From a virus (Duplodnaviria; Caudoviricetes), in the IMG/VR virus record IMGVR_UViG_3300048762_000474, positions 1 to 32,702 of that record: 32,702 nt of DNA. The stretch is one strand, 5' to 3'. A program made the position numbers and the translations under genes. The notes beneath the pieces are model-generated. The model ran no database searches and was not told the origin of the DNA. It saw only the letters and a list, made by a program, of their open reading frames with translations. Positions 25,244 through 32,702 of this stretch are shown piece by piece. Each line of letters begins with the position of its first letter. Within the stretch, counting starts at the first letter, position 1.

Positions 25244-25781
25244 CCACCAAAACCTCACTTGAAGAGCCCAAAGAAACCTCACTTAAGGGCTCATTATACG
25301 ACTCAAAACCAAACCGAGTCAAAGCCCAATGATGCCCACGCTTCTCAAACAAACACTTACCCGTCTCAAAAAACAAACGCTTATTCATACGCAAAATACG
25401 CCGGGAGACATCATAATATCTTAGATTAAAGAGGCCTCTTTGGTTAACATCAGCCGCCACAACATTTGGCAAAACACCCGGAACCCCAGCCTCCCGAACC
25501 CGCTGCACAATCTCCCGATCAACCTCATCAAGAACCGCAAAACCCTCCACATCACCGACCGAGTAGTCAGCCTCACCGATCCGTTCCAGCCGACGCCGGA
25601 TCCAGCGAAGCTCATCGAGGAGGCGCTCATTTTGCGCAAAAACCTTTTTCGTTAAAACCTCATGATACTTCAAACGCCCCACCTTATCCTCTTGGCTGCG
25701 CTTCTTTAGGGGCTTTTCAACCGTTTCTTTCGATGTTTGAACATCCTCTGCATCATAAACCTGTTTTTCCTGTTCAATCAA
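25224..25781 (-). CDS. Coiled-coil plus winged-helix protein
   Basis: LDEVDREIV...VSRRILRMNK...WALTRFG; start uncertain. Confidence 0.75.
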   Translation of the reverse strand: MIEQEKQVYDAEDVQTSKETVEKPLKKRSQEDKVGRLKYHEVLTKKVFAQNERLLDELRWIRRRLERIGEADYSVGDVEGFAVLDEVDREIVQRVREAGVPGVLPNVVAADVNQRGLFNLRYYDVSRRILRMNKRLFFETGKCLFEKRGHHWALTRFGFESYNEPLSEVSLGSSSEVLVDEKEEF

Positions 25782-25866
25782 GACATTCCACTCCATCAAC
25801 AATACCCCGAATATAGTGTCCGCAGTCAGGGCTACACACTACAGGAACCCTCGAATCCGAAAGCAT
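25774..25866 (-). CDS. Possible tiny Cys protein (may start further upstream)
   Basis: MLSDSRVPVVCSPDCGHY...; carries the RBS for the next gene. Confidence 0.35.
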   Translation of the reverse strand: MLSDSRVPVVCSPDCGHYIRGIVDGVECLD

Positions 25867-25963
25867 GGAAAAACACCATACAAAAAAGCCCCAGAAAACA
25901 CCAAAGAAAAACTTTAAGCAGGCTTCCACATCCAAAAACACACCCCGATCGGGCAACTGACAA

Positions 25964-26830
25964 CTAAGAAACATACTCTTTACCTCCAGAACCAGAACCC
26001 TTCGATGCCCCAGCAGAAGCAGCACCCTCCAAATCAACAAGCCGACTAAGAATCCCAGTGATTTTCTGAATAGCCACACCAACCTTCTCCAAACTATCCA
26101 ACTTCTGAAAAGCCAAATCCATAGCATCACTAAAACCAGCAATAACCTCAACCGCATCAGGATGCGTCCGATCACCAACCTTAATCACAATCCCATGACT
26201 CTGCTCAAAATCACGAATCACCATATACGGCAACCGCTCCCCACTACTATACGGAAAATGACCACTCTTAGGACGAATCCGCTCCAAAACAGGATTCAAC
26301 AACTTCATATCCGTCAACAAACCCGTATTAACAAACGCATCACAAAACAACTGCTTAGCCCGCCCCAAATTCCCCGGACACCGAACATGCAAAGTCACCG
26401 TCCCAGACTCAAACCAAACAACACGCCCCAACCGAGAAAACCACATCCAAAAACGATTCTTAGATTTACTACGCACCCAACCAAAACCCAAAGCCCCCAA
26501 ATCACCATCAGAAGCAACAACCCCCCGCAACCCCTGACTTAAAACCAAATCCAACCGAACCTTAGCCTTAAAACAATGAACGGATGAACACTTTGAACCT
26601 CGTTCATTTACATGGTTATACTTCCACTCCCACTTGGTTTTAGAGACATAGTTACGGTACTGTTTGTAACTGATATCTAGCAATTTACAGATCTGCTTAG
26701 GCATCAACAATGGATTAGAATGTCCATCACCATCTAAAACGTCAAAGATTTGCTTATGCAAATTCATACTCTTACTACTCTTACTGTAAGAGTTCAAATC
26801 GCGTGCATTGGTATCCGATGTTTTAGCCAA
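25964..26830 (-). CDS. Hypothetical protein with N-terminal HTH (288 aa); candidate replication or transcription factor
   Basis: LMPKQICKLLDISYKQYRNYVSK HTH; VHCFK; GDRTHPDAVEV; GAGGAGG RBS. Confidence 0.75.
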   Translation of the reverse strand: MAKTSDTNARDLNSYSKSSKSMNLHKQIFDVLDGDGHSNPLLMPKQICKLLDISYKQYRNYVSKTKWEWKYNHVNERGSKCSSVHCFKAKVRLDLVLSQGLRGVVASDGDLGALGFGWVRSKSKNRFWMWFSRLGRVVWFESGTVTLHVRCPGNLGRAKQLFCDAFVNTGLLTDMKLLNPVLERIRPKSGHFPYSSGERLPYMVIRDFEQSHGIVIKVGDRTHPDAVEVIAGFSDAMDLAFQKLDSLEKVGVAIQKITGILSRLVDLEGAASAGASKGSGSGGKEYVS

Positions 26831-26845
26831 AAAACATAAGCCTCC

Positions 26846-27079
26846 TCAGATGCCTCGAACCATTTGCGTTTTATACGCCACAAGCCATGCGTGAGCTGCT
26901 TCAACAGAATCCGATTTAAACAAAACAGTAACTATCGTCAAAGGAATTGATTTTTTACAGTTAAAGCAAACAACAGTTTTGAATCCTCCTTGATGACTAA
27001 AGACGGAGCCGACTAGTTCCCTGCCTTGAAGGTAACCGCAATGGATGCATTGAACTACACCAAATTTCTCGCTCATCAT
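26846..27079 (-). CDS. Zn-ribbon protein
   Basis: CIHC...CFNC. Confidence 0.7.
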   Translation of the reverse strand: MMSEKFGVVQCIHCGYLQGRELVGSVFSHQGGFKTVVCFNCKKSIPLTIVTVLFKSDSVEAAHAWLVAYKTQMVRGI

Positions 27080-27204
27080 GGGTGCTCCGCTAATTTTGTT
27101 TGCGCAGTTCGATCAATATGCCCTCGGCTACAAAGAAAATGCCTGGAACCATCAAGAAAAGCCACAGGAGAAGCATAGAAGCCGCAACGGCAGCGCTCAG
27201 TCAT
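27076..27204 (-). CDS. Tiny Zn-binding protein (42 aa; MTERCRCG...CSRGH)
   Basis: TAATG and ATGA coupling on both sides. Confidence 0.6.
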   Translation of the reverse strand: MTERCRCGFYASPVAFLDGSRHFLCSRGHIDRTAQTKLAEHP

Positions 27205-28217
27205 TAACGTCTGTCTCCTTTAGGAAACTGCTTAGCCGCCTTCCGCCCAATGTAATAATCGTCGCGGTCACTTAGCCAAAGCCACTTGCCGCCTAATTCC
27301 AGCCCTTTCTTGCCAGCATTAACACGCTCAACAATCTGGCCGCGCAACTCAAAATAAGCATCTGAACGAGCATTGTCTGTTTCAAGCGCCTTCTCATACC
27401 GCTCCCCCTTTTGATTCTCAGCCCAGATCCAAACGACATCGCCTTCCCTGTGACCCTCAGCAGGCCTTGTAGACCGCTCAACATTCTGGATCGGAGGCGC
27501 CGCACCTGCAGGATCCGCGGCATGGGCAGGTTGGGAAGCTACTGGAATTTGGCTAATTTGCCTTTGAACATTATCTAGACTTCGATTAATTTTCTCCAAA
27601 ACATCAGTTTGGCTTTGAGCCTCAAAAAGCGTTAAGATTCGTAGGCATAATTCAAAGTTACATTTGTCTGTTCCATTATCTTCGCATAGTTCGCAGAATC
27701 TTGCCTTCAACATCTGAAGCGGCGACGCCTGCTTTGCTGATGGTGCTTTAGGAACTTCCGCGGGCTTAGCGTCAACTGACGGTTTTGCCTGTTCCGCTGC
27801 AGAAGATACTTTTGTGGCGACTTTCACAAGGGCCTCAAGCTTCGAGAGAGGCATCGATTGCAAGTCTGCATCGGGGATTCCAAGATTCAACGCCTGAGCT
27901 TTCTTAATTAACGAGCCACGAAGAGCCTGCCCTATCGAATCTTCAGATGGCAACGCAACAGCACGTTTCTGCTTCACTGCATAGTAGGGTTGCTGTGGAA
28001 ACGCGGGGTTAGTGAAGTCTGCACAATAATTTTCTTCCAGGATGCTGCGGAGCTGCTTAAAGTTTTCTTTGCCCAGTGCACCCATATCTTTGAATACAAT
28101 GTTTATGCAGTCTTTGTTTTCGTCAGCCTCTAAAGTGACATGTACTCGCAGGTGATCGGGCAATTCAGCTTCAATCCGAGTAAAGAGATCTTGAAGCTTC
28201 GAAAGGTGCTCAGTCAT
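27204..28217 (-). CDS. Multi-domain hypothetical protein (337 aa)
   Basis: Long ORF with CELC..C..C cluster, Pro/Ala linkers and an aromatic C-terminal domain. Confidence 0.8.
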   Translation of the reverse strand: MTEHLSKLQDLFTRIEAELPDHLRVHVTLEADENKDCINIVFKDMGALGKENFKQLRSILEENYCADFTNPAFPQQPYYAVKQKRAVALPSEDSIGQALRGSLIKKAQALNLGIPDADLQSMPLSKLEALVKVATKVSSAAEQAKPSVDAKPAEVPKAPSAKQASPLQMLKARFCELCEDNGTDKCNFELCLRILTLFEAQSQTDVLEKINRSLDNVQRQISQIPVASQPAHAADPAGAAPPIQNVERSTRPAEGHREGDVVWIWAENQKGERYEKALETDNARSDAYFELRGQIVERVNAGKKGLELGGKWLWLSDRDDYYIGRKAAKQFPKGDRR

Positions 28218-28453
28218 TTTTGGAGCTCCTCTAAAAGTTCATCAAACGTTTCAAGTCTGGTAAATATGCAATTTTCACATAGGCATTTATTACGGTTTTT
28301 TTCTCGGCGTTTTTGTGTCAACCATTCTTTTGTTCCTTCTTTAACTATAGTCATAAGAATGGGGTAAAGTGAATCAGTATTGTTTTTGCCGTCTGCTTTT
28401 CTGCTAAATTTGTCTTCTGCTTCTTTGAGACATTCTTCAAAAGTTTTAGTCAT
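28214..28453 (-). CDS. Hypothetical protein (79 aa), AT-rich
   Basis: GGAGG RBS, ATG at 28453; CLCENC. Confidence 0.7.
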   Translation of the reverse strand: MTKTFEECLKEAEDKFSRKADGKNNTDSLYPILMTIVKEGTKEWLTQKRREKNRNKCLCENCIFTRLETFDELLEELQK

Positions 28454-28454
28454 C

Positions 28455-29009
28455 TTAAGAAACCTCCCTATCTTTTGGCTCAACAAACTGTAAGCCTAAC
28501 GCAGTGAAAATATCCTCTTCTGACTGAGAAGCAATTACTTTGGAAGCAGTCATACAACCACTCGTAAGAGTCTGAATAACGCCATCTTTGGCACTCAACA
28601 TCAAACCCTTCGAACGCGCCAACGTGCAAAGCTTCACATTATGCTCTTTGCTGCCCGTTCGAATCAGCAGGATAATGCCCCACGTCTCCATACGCGCACG
28701 GTAAAGGTCAACTTGAAAGCCATCAGCGAAAGTACAACGCAGCAGTTCCTTACCTGAAACCCCAACCATTAACCCCTTCTTTTTTAGAACATAAGGAATC
28801 ATGTCAGCCCAAACTGTATCTGCTGAAAACTCAACATCAAACCCAAAAGCCGAAGGATACCAACCAGCCTTAGGCACAGCTACAATATCAACGTCGCCAA
28901 CCTCAACCTTCTCACGCCGAATGGATCCAGCAAACGCAACACGCTCACAAAACGGCTGCAGAGCATCACAAACTTTTTGGGCTAAAGGCAAAGCATCTTC
29001 TAGTCGCAT
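28455..29009 (-). CDS. polX: Minimal family X DNA polymerase (palm + thumb)
   Basis: AGSIRR...GDVDIV, VDL third Asp, TGSKEHN, SEEDIF..LGL.FVEP.DRE. Confidence 0.9.
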   Translation of the reverse strand: MRLEDALPLAQKVCDALQPFCERVAFAGSIRREKVEVGDVDIVAVPKAGWYPSAFGFDVEFSADTVWADMIPYVLKKKGLMVGVSGKELLRCTFADGFQVDLYRARMETWGIILLIRTGSKEHNVKLCTLARSKGLMLSAKDGVIQTLTSGCMTASKVIASQSEEDIFTALGLQFVEPKDREVS

Positions 29010-29173
29010 CAAGAACCCTCCTTATCATCAAAATCATGCGTCCAAACACATGCACAGTTCCCGCCCTCACATGCCGAATGCCAACCCTCAAAACAAGGGT
29101 CACAAATAGGAACGGGAACCTGAGCGACGTTTTGGTTAAAGCGCACTGGATGCTTCTTAACAGACTTTGTCAT
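29009..29173 (-). CDS. Small Cys-rich protein (54 aa)
   Basis: CDPC...HSAC...CAC; coupled at both ends. Confidence 0.6.
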   Translation of the reverse strand: MTKSVKKHPVRFNQNVAQVPVPICDPCFEGWHSACEGGNCACVWTHDFDDKEGS

Positions 29174-29388
29174 TTCCGTTTTCTCCTACAAGTAATCGAC
29201 TTAACATCCAACAAACACAAAACACTCTTCCTGCAACCAACCATACAACTGCAAGACACAGGAACCCCAGTAATCATATCACCAACAGGAACACCCCAAC
29301 GAGTACGCACAGAAATACGGACCTTGCCACGCTGTAAACAACAGAAAGATTCAACATCCTCAAAATACGGCTCAGAGTTATCGCTCAA
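29170..29388 (-). CDS. Small Cys-rich protein (72 aa)
   Basis: TTG start overlapping the MTase stop; multiple Cys. Confidence 0.6.
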   Translation of the reverse strand: MSDNSEPYFEDVESFCCLQRGKVRISVRTRWGVPVGDMITGVPVSCSCMVGCRKSVLCLLDVKSITCRRKRK

Positions 29389-30026
29389 GAAGAAACAACC
29401 TCCAATGCTAGAGCATCCCGGCAAGCCTCACCCAAAGGAACAGACAGCGGCAAAGGAATCTTCGCCCTAAAGAAACTCCGAAGCGGATTAAACGCAAAAA
29501 CACTATTCAGTTTGTCTTGAGCGCCATTACAATGATCTTTCGAGTACCGGACAGAGCGAATACAACCGCTCGTTTTAGCCATAACCTCAGGCGATTCAGG
29601 CAACAAGAAATCAGGAAACTTACCCCACAACATCCACGGACCACGCTTAAGCCGAGGCGCCCCCAACAAAGGCTCAATAAACGGCAAACTACCCCTAACA
29701 TTCTCCAAAATCCAAAACCTTGGCTTAACCTCCTCAATAATGCGGATGCAACCCCGAACAATCGCTAAACCCTTCTCTGGATCAGCAGGCCCACGCTGAC
29801 CCCTAGCAACCGCAAGCCGCACCAAAGAAGAAAACTCTGTGCAAGGAGGACTAGCAGTAACCACATCAAAGCATCCCGAAGGACTCCAAGAGCACACATC
29901 AGCATCGATTAAACGATACGGGTAACCAATGTCAAGCACATCAACGCCCGTACATTCGAAACCTGCACGGTGAAAACCAATACTCCAACCGCCAAGTCCC
30001 GCACACAAATCCAGAAGAGCAGGCAC
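29385..30026 (-). CDS. Short DNA (cytosine-5)-methyltransferase
   Basis: Motif I DLCAGLGG, motif IV ASPPC, motif VI ENV; only 213 aa. Confidence 0.88.
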   Translation of the reverse strand: MPALLDLCAGLGGWSIGFHRAGFECTGVDVLDIGYPYRLIDADVCSWSPSGCFDVVTASPPCTEFSSLVRLAVARGQRGPADPEKGLAIVRGCIRIIEEVKPRFWILENVRGSLPFIEPLLGAPRLKRGPWMLWGKFPDFLLPESPEVMAKTSGCIRSVRYSKDHCNGAQDKLNSVFAFNPLRSFFRAKIPLPLSVPLGEACRDALALEVVSS

Positions 30027-30127
30027 TACTTATGAGCCTCCAAAAACTGGTTCTGCTGATCAACAATCAAACGCCAACCCTTACCCAAACGCCTCTGCAT
30101 ACTCTTTGTAACCCGCAGCGGCGCCAA
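30026..30127 (-). CDS. Tiny basic protein (33 aa)
   Basis: TTG directly after the upstream stop with GGAGG RBS; carries the RBS for the MTase. Confidence 0.45.
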   Translation of the reverse strand: MAPLRVTKSMQRRLGKGWRLIVDQQNQFLEAHK

Positions 30128-30265
30128 CTAAGAAACCTCCCCACCAAAAGTTACTATGATAGCATTCAGATGCGAACAACTCTCAAAAACAGGGTTCAAC
30201 CAGAGACAACACTCGAGACAACGCGGACAAACTACAGGTAAAGAGGCTATAACCTGCTCAGTCAA
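30128..30265 (-). CDS. Small Cys-rich protein (45 aa)
   Basis: CPRCLECC...CSH; ends in the EVS* junction motif. Confidence 0.55.
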   Translation of the reverse strand: MTEQVIASLPVVCPRCLECCLWLNPVFESCSHLNAIIVTFGGEVS

Positions 30266-30277
30266 ACTCAACAACAT

Positions 30278-31201
30278 CTAAGAAGCCTCCAGGGGCAACA
30301 TCGCCTCACCAGAAAATACATCGTGTTTATGCTTAGCGAACTGGGGTTTCAGCTCCTTGATTGCATCGATATTCATTGAAAGCGGAACATAGACTGAATC
30401 TAAGACGAATGTTTTGAGTTTCTCTAACTCTGTTTTCAATTCAATGTATGATGTGCTCAGAGAATCATATGCTTCAGAAAGAACTTGCAATTTCTTCTCT
30501 AGGAGTTCCTGACGGCGATCGACATATTTTTCTATGCTATTGGCAATTTCCTCAATAACCTCGTCTTGACTCTTAACGGGATTCGCAGGCTCAATTTTTA
30601 TCGGAGTTTCTTTAAGTGCACCATCCTTGCCGAGCAACGATAACGGAATAACATGTTCAGAAGTATTTTCACCTATGAGGGCAAGTGTTGGAGCAGAAAC
30701 TATGCCACCTTTAGGCGTCTCAGGACTTCTTTCTGCTTCTTTAGTTGCGGCGCCTTTTGGCTTAAGTTTCCAGCGAGACACAATAACCCCTTTCTTCTGC
30801 AAAACAGTAATACGGAGCCCCACAGCAGAAGCCTTACGCTTAGGAAACTTTACATTAAACTTTTGAGCAATCACGCCAGTCGTTAATTTAGGCTGCCGAT
30901 TCCACAACTCCGTTAAAAAAGCGTCTTCAGCAGGCTTCCACATAACCTCAGGATCATGCAGGTTCATTTTATTTTTAGTTGATTCCACATCTTTCACCTC
31001 AACATTACCAAGAACTTTCAAAGGAACAACCGTCATGGGGTGATTATCCCATGTCTCAAAAAGAACCGTAAAACCTTGATCACATAGCAAGGCTTCCCAA
31101 TCTGGATCAAACAATTCGCCTGAAATAGCAAGGCACATGCCAAACTCAGGCACATCCAACAATGGCCCAAACTTCGCTGCTAACTCCTCAAAAAGAGTCA
31201 C
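30278..31201 (-). CDS. Myb/GcrA-like HTH plus coiled-coil protein carrying a tape-measure-like motif
   Basis: WKPAEDAFLTELW...IAQKF...RKASAVGLRI; GGIVSAPTLALIGENTSEHVIPLS; heptad region; KHKH. Confidence 0.8.
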   Translation of the reverse strand: MTLFEELAAKFGPLLDVPEFGMCLAISGELFDPDWEALLCDQGFTVLFETWDNHPMTVVPLKVLGNVEVKDVESTKNKMNLHDPEVMWKPAEDAFLTELWNRQPKLTTGVIAQKFNVKFPKRKASAVGLRITVLQKKGVIVSRWKLKPKGAATKEAERSPETPKGGIVSAPTLALIGENTSEHVIPLSLLGKDGALKETPIKIEPANPVKSQDEVIEEIANSIEKYVDRRQELLEKKLQVLSEAYDSLSTSYIELKTELEKLKTFVLDSVYVPLSMNIDAIKELKPQFAKHKHDVFSGEAMLPLEAS

Positions 31202-32034
31202 TGTGCAGGCACCTCCGCCATCGAACCCTCAGCATAACGAAGCTCCTCAAGCTCAGCCTCCCTCGCCGAATCAGCCGAATCAAAAATCTTCTTAACAATC
31301 TTATGCTTCCGCTCAGCCTCATCCAGCAGCAAAAGCCGCACCTTGAAAGCATTACTAACCTCCTGAGCCAAATCCTGCAACACATTAATTTCCCGCTCAA
31401 GACTCTCCAGGATAACTTTTTCTCTCCCAGTAGCGACAGCGTTCAAGTAAGATTCCAACTTGGAAATCGTCGAAACAATCTTATTTTCAAGTTCAATATA
31501 GGACTGCGCAAGCTGATGCAGGTCCACTTTCTCCTCAAGCAAATAGAGGCCTTCAACCTCAGTTTTGTAGCGTTTACGAAGAGAACCGATATCCGCCTTA
31601 AGTTCAGCCGACTTTAAATGCAAATTCGCAAGCGTCTTATCCGTCCAGCCCCGATGAACACCACAATCGCCGCAAATCGCTTGGCCAGTATCCCCATGCC
31701 AATGCGCCCACGCCCCAAACGGCAAATCCTTCCCACAATCCAAACACACTGTAGAAACAGGAATCCTCTCCCACTTAACAGGCGAAGACTTGAGGACCTC
31801 AGTAACGAAGAGCTCCTTGGCCGCAATACGATTAGCAATGCATAAGCCGCAACCGACGTCAGAGGCAGTAGTGCCAACCGATCGGGCCTTCTTAGCCTCC
31901 CCACCCAAACGCTTCGCCTCACCCTTTCCAGTCGTAATCACAAACTGGGTTTCAGCCAACTTACCACAGTCACAGCAAGCACCCTTACCCATCTCAACAG
32001 AAAACAACTTCGTCTCAGGCAACTTACCAGGCAT
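31198..32034 (-). CDS. Double Zn-finger plus coiled-coil protein (278 aa)
   Basis: CCDC..CGLC and CLDC..CGDC, then long heptad repeats. Confidence 0.8.
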   Translation of the reverse strand: MPGKLPETKLFSVEMGKGACCDCGKLAETQFVITTGKGEAKRLGGEAKKARSVGTTASDVGCGLCIANRIAAKELFVTEVLKSSPVKWERIPVSTVCLDCGKDLPFGAWAHWHGDTGQAICGDCGVHRGWTDKTLANLHLKSAELKADIGSLRKRYKTEVEGLYLLEEKVDLHQLAQSYIELENKIVSTISKLESYLNAVATGREKVILESLEREINVLQDLAQEVSNAFKVRLLLLDEAERKHKIVKKIFDSADSAREAELEELRYAEGSMAEVPAQ

Positions 32035-32138
32035 TAAGAAACCCCCTTTTCCTCTCGTGCCCAGCTGTACAACTCATCCGTCAACCAGTGCAAACGCAAC
32101 ACACAAAAACGGCGGTACTGCTCAGAACCCTCAAGCAT
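32034..32138 (-). CDS. Tiny hypothetical protein (34 aa)
   Basis: MLEGSEQYRRF...KGVS*, TAATG-coupled to the next gene. Confidence 0.45.
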   Translation of the reverse strand: MLEGSEQYRRFCVLRLHWLTDELYSWAREEKGVS

Positions 32139-32235
32139 CAAAATCGACTCCACTGTACAACTCGCAGGGACAAACGCCCGGCCTGAAAGTTTTAGTTTTA
32201 AACACGTAACATTCTTTTTCGAATTGACAAGCCAT
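32131..32235 (-). CDS. Tiny Cys-rich protein (34 aa)
   Basis: MACQFEKEC...CPC; TAATG coupling with RBS. Confidence 0.5.
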   Translation of the reverse strand: MACQFEKECYVFKTKTFRPGVCPCELYSGVDFDA

Positions 32236-32525
32236 TAAGAACCCTCCAGGAGCTTCCACCTGTAGAGTCGAATAACACGCCCGTGATTAGATGCAATTTT
32301 ACTTCTAACTTGCCCGCATTCAACCACTATCTTTTGGTGTTTTAATTTACCAAAGAATAAACCAACACCGTATTGAGTGTCCCCTACGAAACGATCCAGC
32401 CTATAACGCCTAAAATCATCCGACGAAAACTCTACAATCTCATCCATCTTTAGCAAAGTCCGGAAAGCCTTCAGCGTCTTCTCATCCTGGCAAGACAAAC
32501 AAAAATCAAACTTGCCCGACTGCAT
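32235..32525 (-). CDS. Hypothetical protein, wHTH-like (96 aa)
   Basis: GGAGG RBS; GLFFGKL...IVVECG...SNHGRVIRLYRW. Confidence 0.7.
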   Translation of the reverse strand: MQSGKFDFCLSCQDEKTLKAFRTLLKMDEIVEFSSDDFRRYRLDRFVGDTQYGVGLFFGKLKHQKIVVECGQVRSKIASNHGRVIRLYRWKLLEGS

Positions 32526-32702
32526 CTAGACAGAAACCTCCAGCAACTCACGCGTCATTCGACAATACCTGCAAAAATCAGTCAACAGGGGCAAAGCCAA
32601 CTTAACAGGCACCACATGCAACTTGCCATCACTACACTTTACCCTACGCACCCAATGATGATGACCCGCATGATACCTATTTTTAGCCGGACCATAACCC
32701 AA
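32526..32702 (-). CDS. 3' end of a hypothetical protein truncated by the window edge
   Basis: Open frame ...HAGHHHW...FCRYC...LEVSV*. Confidence 0.55.
   Translation of the reverse strand: MGYGPAKNRYHAGHHHWVRRVKCSDGKLHVVPVKLALPLLTDFCRYCRMTRELLEVSV

Larger units (their letters stand above)
1..32702. mobile_element. Archaeal tailed virus/provirus (siphovirus-like Caudoviricetes), probably of Bathyarchaeia; right end incomplete
   Basis: Terminase, portal, protease, HK97 capsid, neck, tail tube, TMP and tail-tip genes plus tyrosine recombinases; no sheath gene; archaeal-type promoters and many Zn-finger micro-ORFs. No att site or tRNA recognised. Confidence 0.92.

Noticed and set aside
5768-32209. 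Many plus-strand ORFs antisense to the structural and early genes (e.g. 5768-6571, 11001-11507, 19739-20194, 26162-26542)
   Set aside because: Shadow ORFs: the T-poor plus strand has few stop codons, and the products are low-complexity Q/H/T/P/N/K with no motifs.

Overview
The window is most of an archaeal tailed virus or provirus (Caudoviricetes, HK97-fold capsid, siphovirus-type non-contractile tail). The host is probably Bathyarchaeia; this is an inference from archaeal TATA/GGAGG signals, the many Zn-finger and wHTH micro-ORFs, and the style of the proteins. Left to right: two divergent, non-canonical tyrosine recombinases; a degenerate ~32-bp repeat tract; a small minus-strand operon and an RHH-ASCH operon sharing a repeat-flanked TATA box; then one long minus-strand block. 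In transcription order that block has early genes (Zn fingers, HTH proteins, minimal C5-methyltransferase, minimal PolX), then protease/scaffold, cement, major capsid protein, portal, neck, tail tube, frameshifted chaperone, tape measure, tail tip/LamG adhesin, membrane proteins, terminase, and an ABC-ATPase-GNAT fusion. Best leads: (1) a possible nucleic-acid acetylation writer/eraser pair (ABC-ATPase-Mom-like GNAT facing a YqfB-like ASCH protein); (2) a tape-measure C-terminal motif copied, with almost fully diverged codons, into an early HTH/coiled-coil protein; (3) a recurring 14-nt RBS-stop junction between early genes; (4) a strong strand skew independent of gene direction, with reversed islands; (5) a MuF motif inside the prohead protease and a permuted head/packaging gene order. 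All calls come from reading motifs by eye; no database searches were run.
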